A stretch of DNA of 64,000 bases, taken from Octopus vulgaris. Taxonomy: Eukaryota. Position 1 is the first letter of the stretch. Every line of letters begins with the position of its first letter. The position numbers were made by a program, and so were the translations under genes. The notes beneath the pieces were generated by a model. It was given only the letters and a program-made list of their open reading frames with translations. It was not told the DNA's origin and did not search any database. This document shows positions 33,306-49,291 of the stretch, in pieces. The stretch lies in the NCBI GenBank assembly GCA_951406725.2, contig OX597815.1, positions 73,036,001 to 73,100,000 of the forward strand. Direction: 5' to 3'.

Positions 33306-34360
33306 TGTATATACATACATATATATGTATAAACGTATGTGTGTGTGCGTGTGTATGTATATGTATGTGTCACTGTGTGTGTGTGTGTTTGTGTATCTGT
33401 TACTGACTGTGAGACTGAAACTCTACCACTAGTTGGCCGCACCAGACCCTTCAGCGGTTGGTAGTCTGATGTAGCTAACCAGGGTGAAACTTCGATGTCT
33501 CTGTCAATAAAATCATTTAAAAACTTTTAATTCCAATCCCGTATTGAGTCCTTTCTCGCTTTAATGTTCACAGCTTTTATACTTATTTGAAAAATATATT
33601 CTTTAACTACATACGCATGTAAATACCTACACAACAAACAAACAAACACACACATACAAGCACACGTACATACAAACATACACACGCAGTTTTATTATCT
33701 TTTAATCAGTAGGGAAGGCAATGCCGATGACCTTCTTCAGAGCCTCCAAATTTGGTGGGAGGAAGAGAGGAAGGTGTCTTCAAACTAGGGTCGTGATTAA
33801 AAGAGTACGATCAAGAATACAATCATCCTCCAAAGAATCTGAGTGTGTAGCTCAGAGATCGGGGGTTACTTTTCTGCATTGAGAGGTGTTAGCTCTGGTT
33901 CTACGGACATGTGATTATAATGTCGCAGGAAAGAATCGCATGACAGATTTTTCGGGTCGAGCCAACCGGCTGAAACCCACAACGTGATGGTTAGATAATG
34001 TCCATAATTTCCGTCGGTCTCGTTTGGGAATCCAAATGACGGTTACTTCTGAAAGAACTCTATAGTGGAGGTGTCTGAGAACTCAGAAATCCACACGACT
34101 CTACCAGTAATAATGGACAGAGAAAATGGATGGAGGGATCGATCGATCAATGGATGCATGGATTGATGGATGGATGGATGACTGGATGATTGGATTGGAT
34201 TGGTGGATGGATGGATATATAGATGAATGAATGGATGCATGCATAGATGGACCTCATGATTGTGAAGCAGACTTTTTAACCATTCGGGCATGAAGTACAT
34301 GTTCATACATCAATATCAAACCAACACAAAGGAAAAGCGAGAAATACAATGCTAACATTA

Positions 34361-36000
<1,640 letters not shown>

Positions 36001-36983
36001 TATCCAAGACAATATTGTTTAGAAATTACTTGATTTATCTCTTTCTTAAATGGCTCTACCCTCCTGATCTTAGTATCTATAAGGGCCTTTATATTATATA
36101 ACCCTTCTAAACAAGTACCTCTAAGAAACTATAAATATCATGTAGGGAGCAACAATAATAACTTCTTAAACCTTTAATATAACCCTTATTTTAAAAAAAT
36201 TAGTGTAAAATATGAAAGTTTCATAATTTAAATATTCCTTTAGCTGATACCAGATATCAGTCTTTTATTGATATTAGCTAAATAAGTAAATATATAATAT
36301 ATTTTGAATTATTATACATTTTCTATACATTTTCTATAAATCTTCTCTACTGGTGTTAATAAGCTACATTTACTTTATCATAGAGATACTGCTCCTTTCT
36401 TCTATCAGCCTTAGATATACAAGGGTTTGATAAATTAGTCTATAAATTAAAACTTACTCCTTAAAAACAAAAAAAATCAATGACAGGCAGACTCTGTAAC
36501 AATGTATATCTTCTTGATACCTTAGTAGCTTCTATGCTGGAGTGAAGACAGCATGTTCTTTGTCTATCTCCTTAACTTCTTGGAGATTTTAGATATAATT
36601 ATACTAATGGGCCCATCCGTTCTAATTCAATTAAATTCTATGTCTTTGTGTAGCTGTGGATTGCTCTGCATTTTAAATTGATGTAATGATTGCATTGTTC
36701 AATTAAATAGGGTTGCAGGAAACAATCGTACTGCAATACATCTGGATATCCTTATTTTGATTTTAATCACCTTACTTTGAAATTGCATGGATAATACCGT
36801 ACTAAATTCTCGTGCCTCAACTTAAATACCATATTCATAATTTTTGCTGAAGTCATCTATACACACACACACACGCGCACATATATGTATAGATATGTAT
36901 ATATATCTGTATGTATGTATGTATGTTTGTATGTATGTATGTATGTATGTAGACAAGCTACTTACCACACAGCTACTCCTGCG

Positions 36984-37031
<48 letters not shown>

Positions 37032-37167
37032 TATATATATTTATATCACAATCAAGGAACGGCCATAATAGGCCATTCACCCACTAGAAATAACAGCCAA
37101 AAGCTTTAACCGCAAAATAACATTAGTACCGTAAACCAGGAGAAAATTGAAAAACTTTTACCCTGTA

Positions 37168-37274
37168 ATTTCTTAGACGATGCACCGTTTCATCTACCGT
37201 TTAATGGTAAACTAACCTGATTAAATTAAATCAAGCCAATCCACCATAGGCCCTTAGACTCATCAGTAAGAAAT
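37168..37274 (-). ncRNA. Type I hammerhead ribozyme with extended stem II (inverted copy)
   Basis: Reverse complement of 37428-37534. Confidence 0.85.
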
Positions 37275-37427
37275 AGCCAAATCGGAACAGATATTTATCA
37301 CGAGGCATTCCTCTTGCTACCTCGGCAATATCTGACCTAAAATTTTCAAATCGTCGCACTCGCGCCAAATTTATTGCCGAGGTAGCAAGAGGAATGCCTC
37401 GTGATAAATATCTGTTCCGATTTGGCT

Positions 37428-37534
37428 ATTTCTTACTGATGAGTCTAAGGGCCTATGGTGGATTGGCTTGATTTAATTTAATCAGGTTAGTTTACCATTA
37501 AACGGTAGATGAAACGGTGCATCGTCTAAGAAAT
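37428..37534 (+). ncRNA. Type I hammerhead ribozyme with extended stem II
   Basis: Stem I ATTTCTTA/TAAGAAAT; CTGATGA; stem II base GTCTA/TAGAT; GAAA; stem III ACGGTGCATCGT; GTC triplet. Confidence 0.88.
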
Positions 37535-37912
37535 TACAGGGTAAAAGTTTTCAATTTTCTCCTGGTTTACGGTACTAATGTTGATTTTGCAGTTAAAGCT
37601 TTTGGCTGTTATTTCTAGTGGGTGAATGGCCTATTATGGCCGTTCCTTGATTGTGATGTTGAACGTAAAAATGGTTTATGACTATTTAATTTTTTCCTAC
37701 TAGGCCGCTGGTGGCAAAAGAATTCTACAAAAATTTTTTTGTCACCCTATATTGATTAATTATGAATTTTCTGGTTAGTTCCGTAACGGAATCGGTGGTT
37801 TATTTGCTGCCGATAAATTTGGCGCGAGTGCGACGATTTGAAAATTTTAGGTCAGATATTGCCGAGGTAGCAAGAGGAATGCCTCGTGATAAATATCTGT
37901 TCCGATTTGGCT

Positions 37913-38019
37913 ATTTCTTACTGATGAGTCTAAGGGCCTATGGTGGATTGGCTTGATTTAATTTAATCAGGTTAGTTTACCATTAAACGGTAGATGAAAC
38001 GGTGCATCGTCTAAGAAAT
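37913..38019 (+). ncRNA. Type I hammerhead ribozyme with extended stem II (second direct copy)
   Basis: Same motif 485 bp downstream. Confidence 0.88.
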
Positions 38020-38239
38020 TACAGGGTAAAAGTTTTCAATTTTCTCCTGGTTTACGGTACTAATGTTATTTTGCGGTTAAAGCTTTTGGCTGTTATTTCT
38101 AGTGGGTGAATGGCCTATTATGGCCGTTCCTTGATTGTGATGTTGAACGTAAAAATGGTTTATGACTATTTAATTTTTTCCTACTAGGCCGCTGGTGGCA
38201 AAAGAATTCTACAAAAATTTTTTTGCCACCCTATATTGA

Positions 38240-38273
<34 letters not shown>

Positions 38274-38582
38274 TATATGTATCTTTGTATGTATGTATAT
38301 TGAGAAGTTACTGGAATCATTACAGTCTAGCTATATGCATGTAGAAAGCTAGGAATGGCTGGATTCTTCGTATTGATCGCACAGTAAACTAAAGCGAATC
38401 TTAGTTGATATTATATTGTAAGTATCTACACACACACGCGCACGCACACACACAGACACACACAGACAAAACATCTATCTATATATGTAAATATATACAT
38501 GGACGTAGACATATATACACAGGTACCGAATCCAATATAAATCGTTGATCCAATCCAGAGCTGGCTCCAGTTGTGGCGGATG

Positions 38583-38800
38583 TATAAAAGGAGAACACAA
38601 GTGGGGTTCAAAATCCACAACAGTTTTTCGGCAGCATTTTATGGATGCATTCTTCGGTAGCTGCTGAACTGGTCATCTTCTGTTTCTACGTTACCTGTTT
38701 ATGCGTTTAAAATTTACCCGAGGTTGACGGGATTTTGTATCAACAAAATGCTGCCGAAACAGCTGTTGTGAATTTTGAACGCAACCTGGTTTCTCATATA
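38583..38800. mobile_element. Decayed palindromic MITE-like element
   Basis: GTTCAAAATCCACAACAGTTTTTCGGCAGCATTTT pairs with AAAATGCTGCCGAAACAGCTGTTGTGAATTTTGAAC. Confidence 0.55.
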
Positions 38801-38806
38801 TGTATG

Positions 38807-38882
<76 letters not shown>

Positions 38883-38952
38883 CCTATAGTACACAGACAC
38901 ACACGCACAGAGACACACACATACACACACATACATACAATACATACATACA

Positions 38953-39036
<84 letters not shown>

Positions 39037-39119
39037 GGTCCCGGGTTGATTCGGGGTTAACCACAGTAAATAAGGTACTCAATACATAGCAGAGTAAAAT
39101 TAATTTATTATATAGAAGG

Positions 39120-39170
39120 AGCTTCTACAGGACTAGAACTGTTTCATTCAAGAGAAATCTTCAGGAAGCT
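39120..39170 (-). ncRNA. Type I hammerhead ribozyme in a probable Penelope-like 3' fragment (~39035-39400)
   Basis: Minus strand: AGCTTC-CTGAAGA-tTTCtcttGAAt-GAAA-CAG(ttctagtc)CTG-TA-GAAGCT. Confidence 0.7.
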
Positions 39171-39399
39171 AGTTAACAAGAATTGTATTGGCATTTATAC
39201 ATTTAGGCAGGTTTATAGGGGTGGTGGTGGGGGACTTTTTGGGGGTAGGCATAGCGCAAAAAAAAGCATACTTGGGGGAGTGGTCAAGGAGTCAGTGGTA
39301 AATTAGATAGAAGAATAAATAAAAGAATAAAAAAAGAGAGTAAAAAATAAAAAAATACATAGAAGAATAGAGTTTTAGGTAAATAAGGAAATTCTCACT

Positions 39400-39480
39400 T
39401 ATACCTATACACATATGTATACATATATACACACACACACGCACACATATATACATACACACATACATACACACACACCC

Positions 39481-39513
<33 letters not shown>

Positions 39514-39755
39514 TATACATACATATATCTACATATATATATATATATATATACATACATATACATACATACACATATACATGCATATACATATACACAC
39601 ACACATGTATATATACACACACACGACCACACATACAAATACACACAAAAAATATATATACATACACACACATACACACATACACACACATATCCACATA
39701 CACACATGCACACACAACACACAAGTCCCTATATACTCATATATACATATACACA

Positions 39756-39830
<75 letters not shown>

Positions 39831-40248
39831 GTGTACCTATTCATACCAACACATACACACATATACATACAAATACAAACCCATTCCCTAATTTTAATTT
39901 TATTATCTTCATTTATTACTTTTGTTATCTTTGACCGCTGGTCACAAGCATCTTGGCTAAGACAGCTAGTCCCTTTTATCTTTCTACTTGAGCACAAGCA
40001 CTCACTCACGCACGCACACTCATTAGCATGCACACACACTCATTCGTACACTCATACACATACACGCACGCACGCGTTATATTCATACATACATACATCT
40101 ACATACATACACGTATATACACATACGTACGCGTACCTACAGATTCATGTCTACAATCTTAGAAGACTAGTCTATACATATACACCAAATATATATACAC
40201 ACATACATATACACCTACATACAAATACATACATACATATATATACAC

Positions 40249-40279
<31 letters not shown>

Positions 40280-40320
40280 TACACACAGACATATATATAT
40301 ATATATATACACACATATAT

Positions 40321-40364
<44 letters not shown>

Positions 40365-40367
40365 CCG

Positions 40368-40399
<32 letters not shown>

Positions 40400-40890
40400 C
40401 ACACATACACACACCCACACGTATACATATACATACATATACGCGCATGCATACACATACAAATACATACACATACACATATACATATACATACATACAT
40501 ATATATATATACATACACATACATACATATACATACATACATATACATATATACACACACACATACATACACATATACACATACACGCACATACACATAT
40601 ACATGCGTACCCATACACACACACACACACGCTCATCCATATATACACATAAGTACACACATGCGTAAAAGTATACAAATATCTATGCTTACACATACAC
40701 ACACACACACGCCACTCCTTATGTTCATACTTACATGCATACTCAAAGAATAAGTAATAAAATATATATACGTGCAGTTATTCATACATGCATACTCAAA
40801 AAATAATAAATAATAAATAATAAATAATAAATATTAAGTATATATATGTGCAGTTACCTATTATACAGACGGATACATACATATAAACTT

Positions 40891-40951
<61 letters not shown>

Positions 40952-40958
40952 TACACAT

Positions 40959-41013
<55 letters not shown>

Positions 41014-41177
41014 CTTACACATATTTACATATACATACACACATACATAACTCTACGTACCTACATATACCTAAACACACGAGCGTACACGTATATGTAC
41101 ATATACACCTACACATACACACACATATATACATACATATACATACACGCACACATACACACACATATATATATATA

Positions 41178-41229
<52 letters not shown>

Positions 41230-41288
41230 CACATATACACACATACACACACATATATACATACATATACATACACACACATACACAT

Positions 41289-41333
<45 letters not shown>

Positions 41334-41430
41334 TGTATATACATATACACATACATACATACACATACATATACATATATACACACACACACATACATAT
41401 ACATACACACATACATACACACATATATAT

Positions 41431-41482
<52 letters not shown>

Positions 41483-41580
41483 ACACACACCCACATATAT
41501 GTACATACATACACATACACATACATATACATATACATATACATATACACATGCACATACGTATAACTCTACATACCCAC

Positions 41581-41625
<45 letters not shown>

Positions 41626-41766
41626 CACACACATATATATACATATACATATGTGTATATATACACACACATATATATACCCATCTACAATCTGTATATA
41701 CACACACATACATGCACATACACATAACTCTACATACCTACATATACATCGACATACTCGCGTACA

Positions 41767-41829
<63 letters not shown>
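39400..41829. repeat. Extended compound (TA)/(CA)/(TACA) microsatellite field
   Basis: Directly visible, with short unique interruptions. Confidence 0.9.
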
Positions 41830-41831
<2 letters not shown>

Positions 41832-42112
41832 ACAATTGAGGGTAAAGTTAATTAGTTATTAATCAATTTCACCAAGTATTCAGTATGTAAAAGGACCATT
41901 ATTTTTTTGAGTAAACATTGTCTGAGAGAAAATTTTCTTTAAGTAGTGGAAAAGGCTAAAAAACTTATTTGGCTGCTATTTCTAGAAAGTTCAGTATGTG
42001 GCAAAGTAATTTATTTTACTAAGCCCTAATTATATAATATTTTATATATACATACACATACATACACACATACATATACACATACATATGCATACACACA
42101 TATATACATATA

Positions 42113-42146
<34 letters not shown>

Positions 42147-42289
42147 TACATATATATATATTTTTTTACATACATACACACACACACACACACATAATAC
42201 ATGCGTATATTCCTACTATACCCATACATTTCTATACATATATACGATACACACATACAAGCGTGCACAAACAATATGTGAAAGGTCTT

Positions 42290-42548
42290 AGGAGAAAAGG
42301 TAGTCGGGGGTGCTAGGGGAACGGTGGGATTGGGGGGGTTTGTGGGTGGGGTGTCATCAATCTGGTTGCCGGGTAGGTCTATAGTTCTTGTAGTTTGCAT
42401 AATTCTTATGCCTGCAATTTGGGGAGTGTTCTGAAATCTTGTTAAAGAGAGGGCCTTTGGCGAACAAGATCTCAAGGCTCTCCGAAATGCAAAGGTCACA
42501 GCAGGTATGGCCTCCTGTGTACGAACGCGCCTTCTGTAGTAGTTTCCA
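42290..42548 (-). mobile_element. Penelope-like element fragment (endonuclease C-terminus)
   Basis: WKLLQKARSY....CDLCISESLEIL....LFNKISE....CRH pattern typical of the end of some PLE GIY-YIG domains. Confidence 0.6.
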
Positions 42549-42626
42549 ATATATATATATATATATATAAATCCTTAAAAAAAAATGTTTTAGCCCGAAG
42601 GCCGCGGCCATGCTGGGGCACCACCG

Positions 42627-42701
<75 letters not shown>

Positions 42702-43454
42702 CTTTAACAAGAATAGTATGGACAATAACTTAAAAATTTCGGCCATCTAATCCATCATTGGGCTCTAACCACCTACTTACATTCTTTGAAGCCCTACATC
42801 TATATATATATACATGCATGTACATACATACATACATACACACACACATATTTATGTGTATATGTATGTATGTAAGTATCTATGTATGTATGCATGTATG
42901 TATATATATATAAATATATATGTATACACACACATATACTTATATTTGTATATATGTGTGTGTGCATATTTGTATGTATGTATGTATGTATGTTTGTATA
43001 TATATATATATATATATATATGTACGTATGTATGTATGTATGTATGTTTGTATGTATGTATGTATGTATGTATGTATGTATGTGTGTGTGCATATTTGTA
43101 TGCATGTATGTATGTATGTATGTATGTATTCATGTATGTATGTGTATGTACTGGTATGTATGTATGTATGTATGTATGTATGTATGTATGTATGTATGTA
43201 TGTATGTATGTATGTATTCATATGCACGTATGAAAATTAGTTCCAGCAGCCTGTGTATGTACTGGTATGTATGTTTATTTGTGCTCACGTGTATGGGTGT
43301 AGGGACGGTTGGCTAGTGTTAGCTGTTGTGTTTTTAAAGAACCTTGCATCCTGAGCAAGAATTTGCAGCTGCATAAATTATTCGTTGTTGGATTTCAAAT
43401 GCAGCGCGGAGGAAGTAAAGCAACAACGAAATAGCCGAAAAGAATGCTTAGTAA

Positions 43455-43644
<190 letters not shown>

Positions 43645-43949
43645 AGCAACAGCAAAAGATAAAAGCGACTTTCCGACCGATGGGTCGGGGTGACATGATG
43701 TGTGGGTTGGGATGGGATGGGACGGGAAGTGTGGTTCGGTGTAGCGGCCGTAGCGGTGGCGGGGTTTAGTGGTAGAGGTGGTGAGAGGTAGATGAGTGAT
43801 TAGTGAAAAGAAAAAGGAGAAAGCAAAGAAAAAAAAAGAAAAAGAAAAGGCCTTCTGTATGATTAGAGCGTTAAATGACTGCAGGAGTGGTAAAGTCTGC
43901 GAATTTTTTTTAATACAAAAGAAGCAAGATTACGAAAATAAAATAAAAG

Positions 43950-43994
43950 ATATGTATACACATATCACACACACACACACACATATATATGTAT

Positions 43995-44070
<76 letters not shown>

Positions 44071-44139
44071 GCACACATACATGTACATGTGTATATATCT
44101 ATATCTCTATATATATGGAATCTATTCATATATCATACA

Positions 44140-44170
<31 letters not shown>

Positions 44171-44192
44171 CCATACTCTATATATCATACAC

Positions 44193-44238
<46 letters not shown>

Positions 44239-44277
44239 TATATATCATGCTCCATATATATATATATATCATACACC

Positions 44278-44309
<32 letters not shown>

Positions 44310-44325
44310 ATATATATCATGCTCC

Positions 44326-44373
<48 letters not shown>

Positions 44374-44387
44374 TACACCATATATAC

Positions 44388-44447
<60 letters not shown>

Positions 44448-44558
44448 ATATATATATTCATATATATATACATATATGCATATATATATATACATATATG
44501 CATATATATAATACATATATATATATACATATATGCATATATATATATACATATACAT

Positions 44559-44615
<57 letters not shown>

Positions 44616-44690
44616 ATACACGGTATACATACATTTGTACATACAAATATACATATACGTACATATATGTATGGATATGTAGTTATATAT
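43950..44690. repeat. Compound (CA)/(TA) microsatellite with TATCATACACCA sub-repeats
   Basis: Directly visible. Confidence 0.9.
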
Positions 44691-45774
44691 AAACAAAAAG
44701 CGCAATTCATTTATGTTTTATTTATTTAGTATATTTCCATATTTATTCCTTCATTTATTTATTATTCATTTATCATCATCATCATCATCATCATCGTTAT
44801 TATTACAATTATCATCATCAACATCTTTTTTTCTTTCTTTCATTTCTTTTTTGTTTTTGTTGTTCCTCAAGATAAAGAAATTTGAACTCTGATCAAAAGA
44901 AACATGGAAAAGCGATCAAGATAGGGATTTATTTGAAGTTGCGAAAGTCTGATTCTGAAGTTGGCGCCTCCTGGCGGTCTCAAGCTTACATCAATGACGT
45001 TGTGTTATCTAATACCGGGCTGCTGAGATATACAGAAAAAAGAAGGCTTACGACAAACGCCCACCTTCCAAAAGTCGATTGGCTAACCACTTTCAGTCCA
45101 TAATTTACGCTATCCCCTTCGTTAGTCGTCAAACACACACAAACACATGCGCGCACACGCACATCCATACACACAAACACTCAAAAAAGGGAATATTCTG
45201 TACCTCTTTTTTTTCCAACCAAATATAAAACTGCTTATAGTTTATCATTTCTTGCCTTTTATCTTCACCCTTTCTCGTGCTTTTTCTGTTTCTCCACTGT
45301 CTCTCCTTTTTCTCTCTCGCTCTTTGTCAATATTTTTGTATATACTAACACAATGTACCTTTGCTGTAAACCTGTCTCCTTTATCTCTATTTGTTTCGGG
45401 CTCTATTCCTCTATCTCCCAAAATGCCACTCTATTTCTTCGTACCAGTCTATCAGTTTGGCTATCTCCCTCTCTCTCTCTCTCTTACTCCCTTTCTCCCC
45501 CTTCTCCCTGTCATTATTTCTCTATCAATGTATCCATCTGTCTATCGTCGACTATAAAAACGTTTACACACTCCTTAGTTATACTTCCATTTACCTTTTC
45601 CACCTCTGTATACATTCGGAATTCTAAAATCCCATTGGAATCACCTGGGCCTTTAATCTCAACGGTGTCGATAATATAAATACCGAAGAATCGCTTCAGA
45701 AGATCATATTGCTGCATCCCACCCACTAACAAATAAATATATAAACAAAATAAAGATGGCCTATGTACCAACAA

Positions 45775-45978
45775 CTCTTTCTAATTTTAACACAAGGCCA
45801 GCAATTCTGAAGGGAGGTAGCTTGTCGATAACATCGATTTCGTACTTCACTGCTACTTTATTTTATTGACCGTGAGAGAGTAAAAAAGTAAAGTCGACCG
45901 CGGTGGAATTTAAGCTCAGAACGTAAAGACCTACAAGGAATGCCTCCAAGCATTAAGCGATTCTGCCAGCCCGCCGCT
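45775..45978 (-). mobile_element. Diverged tRNA-derived SINE
   Basis: Similar to 7275-7480. Confidence 0.6.
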
Positions 45979-46171
45979 TTTCAGTACTTCTACAATGGCA
46001 TCTGTTAATTCTGAGTAAATGGAGACTCACAGAATCGTTAGAGCGTAGAACAAATTACCTTGCAGTATTTTCTCATCTTTTAAACGTACCCAGTTCTAAT
46101 CCCACCGGGTTCAACTTTCCCTTTCATACTTTCGTGTCGATAAGATAAAGTACCAGTCAAATACTGGGATG

Positions 46172-46859
46172 GGATCTTTACCTTTTGACCTACAGATTTG
46201 AAAAATAATTTTTTGTAACTAAACACTTTCAAGCTTCGTATACTGGTAGAATGTGTCATATAAAGCACCTTTTACTCTTAGCATGTTTGAGAAAAGTTTA
46301 TGTTTAAAAAGTTATTTCGTGTTGAAGTTCTCTTATTTCGGTAATTTCAACCAATCAATGACGTGTATTCAGCTGAATAAAATTACTGCCGTTGTTTGTC
46401 AACAGCAACTATCAACGGTGCATTTTTCATTAGTCACTATTATTTATGACATCGTTCGTGCGTTTGTACTGGTTTTAGCTTTAAGGTTTTAGGGTTAGGG
46501 TTAGGGTTAGAGTTTTAGGCTTAGGGTTAGGGTTAAGGTTTTTGGGTTAGGGTTAGAGTTAGGGTTTTAGAGTTAGGGTTGTAATAAATAACAGTGACAA
46601 ACGAAATATATACTGCCGGAAGTTCTTGATGACAAACAACAGCAGTAATTTTATTCAGCTGAATACAAGTCATTGATTGGTTGAAATTACCGAAATACGG
46701 GAACTTCAACACGAAATAACGTTGTAAACATAAACTTTTCTCAAAAACGCTAAGAGTAAAAGATAATTTATATGATACATTTTACCAGTATACGAAGTTT
46801 GAAAGTGTTTAGTTACAAAAAAAGATTTTTTAAATATGTAGGTCAAAAGGTAAAGATCT
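46172..46859. mobile_element. Foldback MITE with GGATC termini, 8-bp TSD and central (TTAGGG)n; Merlin-like
   Basis: TSD CTGGGATG at 46164-46171 and 46860-46867; ~270-bp inverted arms; inserted into a SINE. Confidence 0.8.
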
Positions 46860-47959
46860 CTGGGATGAATATGATCGCCAGTTCAGTTAGCCCTAAAACT
46901 GAGTTGTTAATGAGTCGTTTGTAATTGTTTCCGACCTTTATATTCTGAGTTCAAATCCCGACATGATCAACTTTATCTTCAGTTCTTCTCGAATCGATAA
47001 ATAACGTACTGGAATCAATTTATATTCCCCCTATCTCGTGTGTGTGTGTGTGCGCGCGCAAGTGTATTTGTTTAACGCTCGGGAAAAATGGAATAGTCTT
47101 TTACGCTTCGGGCCTATGCTCTTCAACAGAAATAAAGAGGGAATGAAAAAAAAAAACGTGTTGAGTTCAGTGGTTGAACATAGCGAATGATTGGGGAAAA
47201 AGAGGTTGAATGAAAGGGAGATAATAATAATAAAGAGAGGCTGAATGAAGGGGAGACAATTCATGATGATCCTAACAAGAGGAGGTGCGCAAGCAGTACG
47301 TTCTTAACATTTCGATCGCACCACAAGATCCCTTTGAATAAACAGCTCATGGAATTTATGTCCCCACACTATTCATTTGTAATACCAAAATATGAAATCC
47401 TATCGGAATCTATATACCATGAACAAGAAGCATTTCTACCCATTCTACATAGCACTTTCCTTGGATAATGGAACTGCAACTGTAACATCCTACATATATT
47501 TTTACTTTTATTTTTGTTTTCTTATTTCCTTTTATACTTCCTATATATATATCCATCCTTTTTCAAAATAATTACTTATATTGAACTTTACTTTTTGAAT
47601 CAATCTAGCGAGTTAGACTGATATTTCTGCTAATGATAGACAAACGTCCGAAACCTTAATATATATTCATATAATATATAGAAATCAGGTATGATATCCA
47701 GTGCCTTATAGAAAATACACGGGTCTCATTAAAATGCCGAAAAGAGTTGCAGAAACATTATGCAATTTTGCAGTTTACCTCTTCGATATTCCACAATAAT
47801 TACAACGACAGATGTTGAAAGCTCCAAATATATACACTTTTCTCGTTATACAATTTATAATTGCATTTATAGTATTTATCTACATTGAGAAGGTAAAGTG
47901 CAAGATTACATAATGTTTCTTCAATTGTAATGTTAATGACATTTTGCTAAAACGCGTAT

Positions 47960-49291
47960 ATCTATCTATCTATATATATATATGATAGAGTTTGTATTCG
48001 TGTGCGTGAGCGCGCGTGTACGCGCATGTTCCTTATGGATTCGAAAATTGAGTTGCCGATTTTTACGTATGAGGTATCAAAAGATTCAGTAATCTTCCGG
48101 CTACCAAATAAAGTATGTTTTTTGCACAGCTCTTTTTTACTACAAAAATAACCTCGAAATCGAGGTCGGGTCGCACAATTTTGAGGTCTTTAGCTAAGGG
48201 AGGAAATTCTGCCTGAACAGTTTTCATGTCTTAGAGCCTAATGATGAGAAAATGTTTAAAATACAAATTTCAAAGATATACCGTCAACTTCATTAGTATT
48301 ATTTTGTAGATAATCTTTTAATGTGAAGTATATTTGTCTGTGTTTTGTTTAACCTAGAGTTGTTTCTAATGTAGCAGACCAATCGCATAGTTTATATATT
48401 TTTCTTCCTGAAATACTGTAAATCTGTCTTTCTTTATGAGAGATTTGACTGCTATTTCTAGTAGCTCAAGTTACCACAGAGACATCTTTGCGTATGTGTG
48501 TGTGTGTGTGTGTGTGTGTGCGTGCGTGCGTGTGTGCGCGCGCGAGTGTTTTGTTGTGTCAGAATATTTTGCACAATAATGTTTTAAGAAATCTAGACAT
48601 CTTTCATACTGCTAGCCATTCAACTTCAAATTACAATTATTAATTGTTGGAAGTCCAATAGACTGGGATGTACATATAGTGTTATCATATAGAGTGGAAG
48701 TTCAATACGAAGTTTTGAACTCATTATCTTGTGGTTAGTAATCCATTATCTTAAATTTGAAGCCATTAAGTTTTTAAGCATTATTTTACTGGGTTCAGTC
48801 TTTCGACTGTCGCCATGATGGGGTATCACCTTCTAAAATTTAATTGATCGTACAGATCTCAATACGTATTTCAGTCTGGCATTTATTTTATAGATCTCTG
48901 CTTGGTGAACTGCTAACTTTGAGACAGCAGGACACAACACTCGATTTAACTACAAATGTAATCACACACACACATATATATTAGGTGCAAAAATGACTGT
49001 ATAGTTAAGAAGCGTGCTTGCAAACCACATCACTCCACGTTCAGTCCCTTTGCATGGTATCTTCGGCAAGTATTTTCTGCTATAGCCCTAGGACAACCAC
49101 AGACTTGTGTCTGAATTTGGTAGACGGAAACTGCAGCGTTGTTCATCAGAAAATGGCCGAAAAACATGTTTATAAAGAAGAATTGTTTGCTTCATACTCC
49201 TCGTGTACCTATTCTGCCCATAAGAAAGGAACAAATAATACAATGTGACTGTAGGTCATAACACCCGGGCAACGCCAGGGTGCATTGCTAG
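47960..49291 (+). mobile_element. Putative non-autonomous Helitron remnant (3' end clear, 5' end tentative)
   Basis: GC hairpin CACCCGGGCAACGCCAGGGTG followed by CTAG|T at 49288-49292; candidate TC-TATATA start near 47960. Confidence 0.5.

Larger units (their letters stand above)
37044..38243 (+). mobile_element. 485-bp hammerhead-containing repeat (~1.8 direct copies) preceded by an inverted partial copy; retrozyme or Penelope pLTR-derived
   Basis: 37373-37760 repeats at 37858-38243; 37044-37372 is the reverse complement of ~37814-38141; (TA)n on both sides. Confidence 0.85.

Noticed and set aside
46485-46580. True telomere or chromosome-fusion scar
   Set aside because: Short, degenerate, single orientation, and enclosed by TIRs and a TSD of a MITE.
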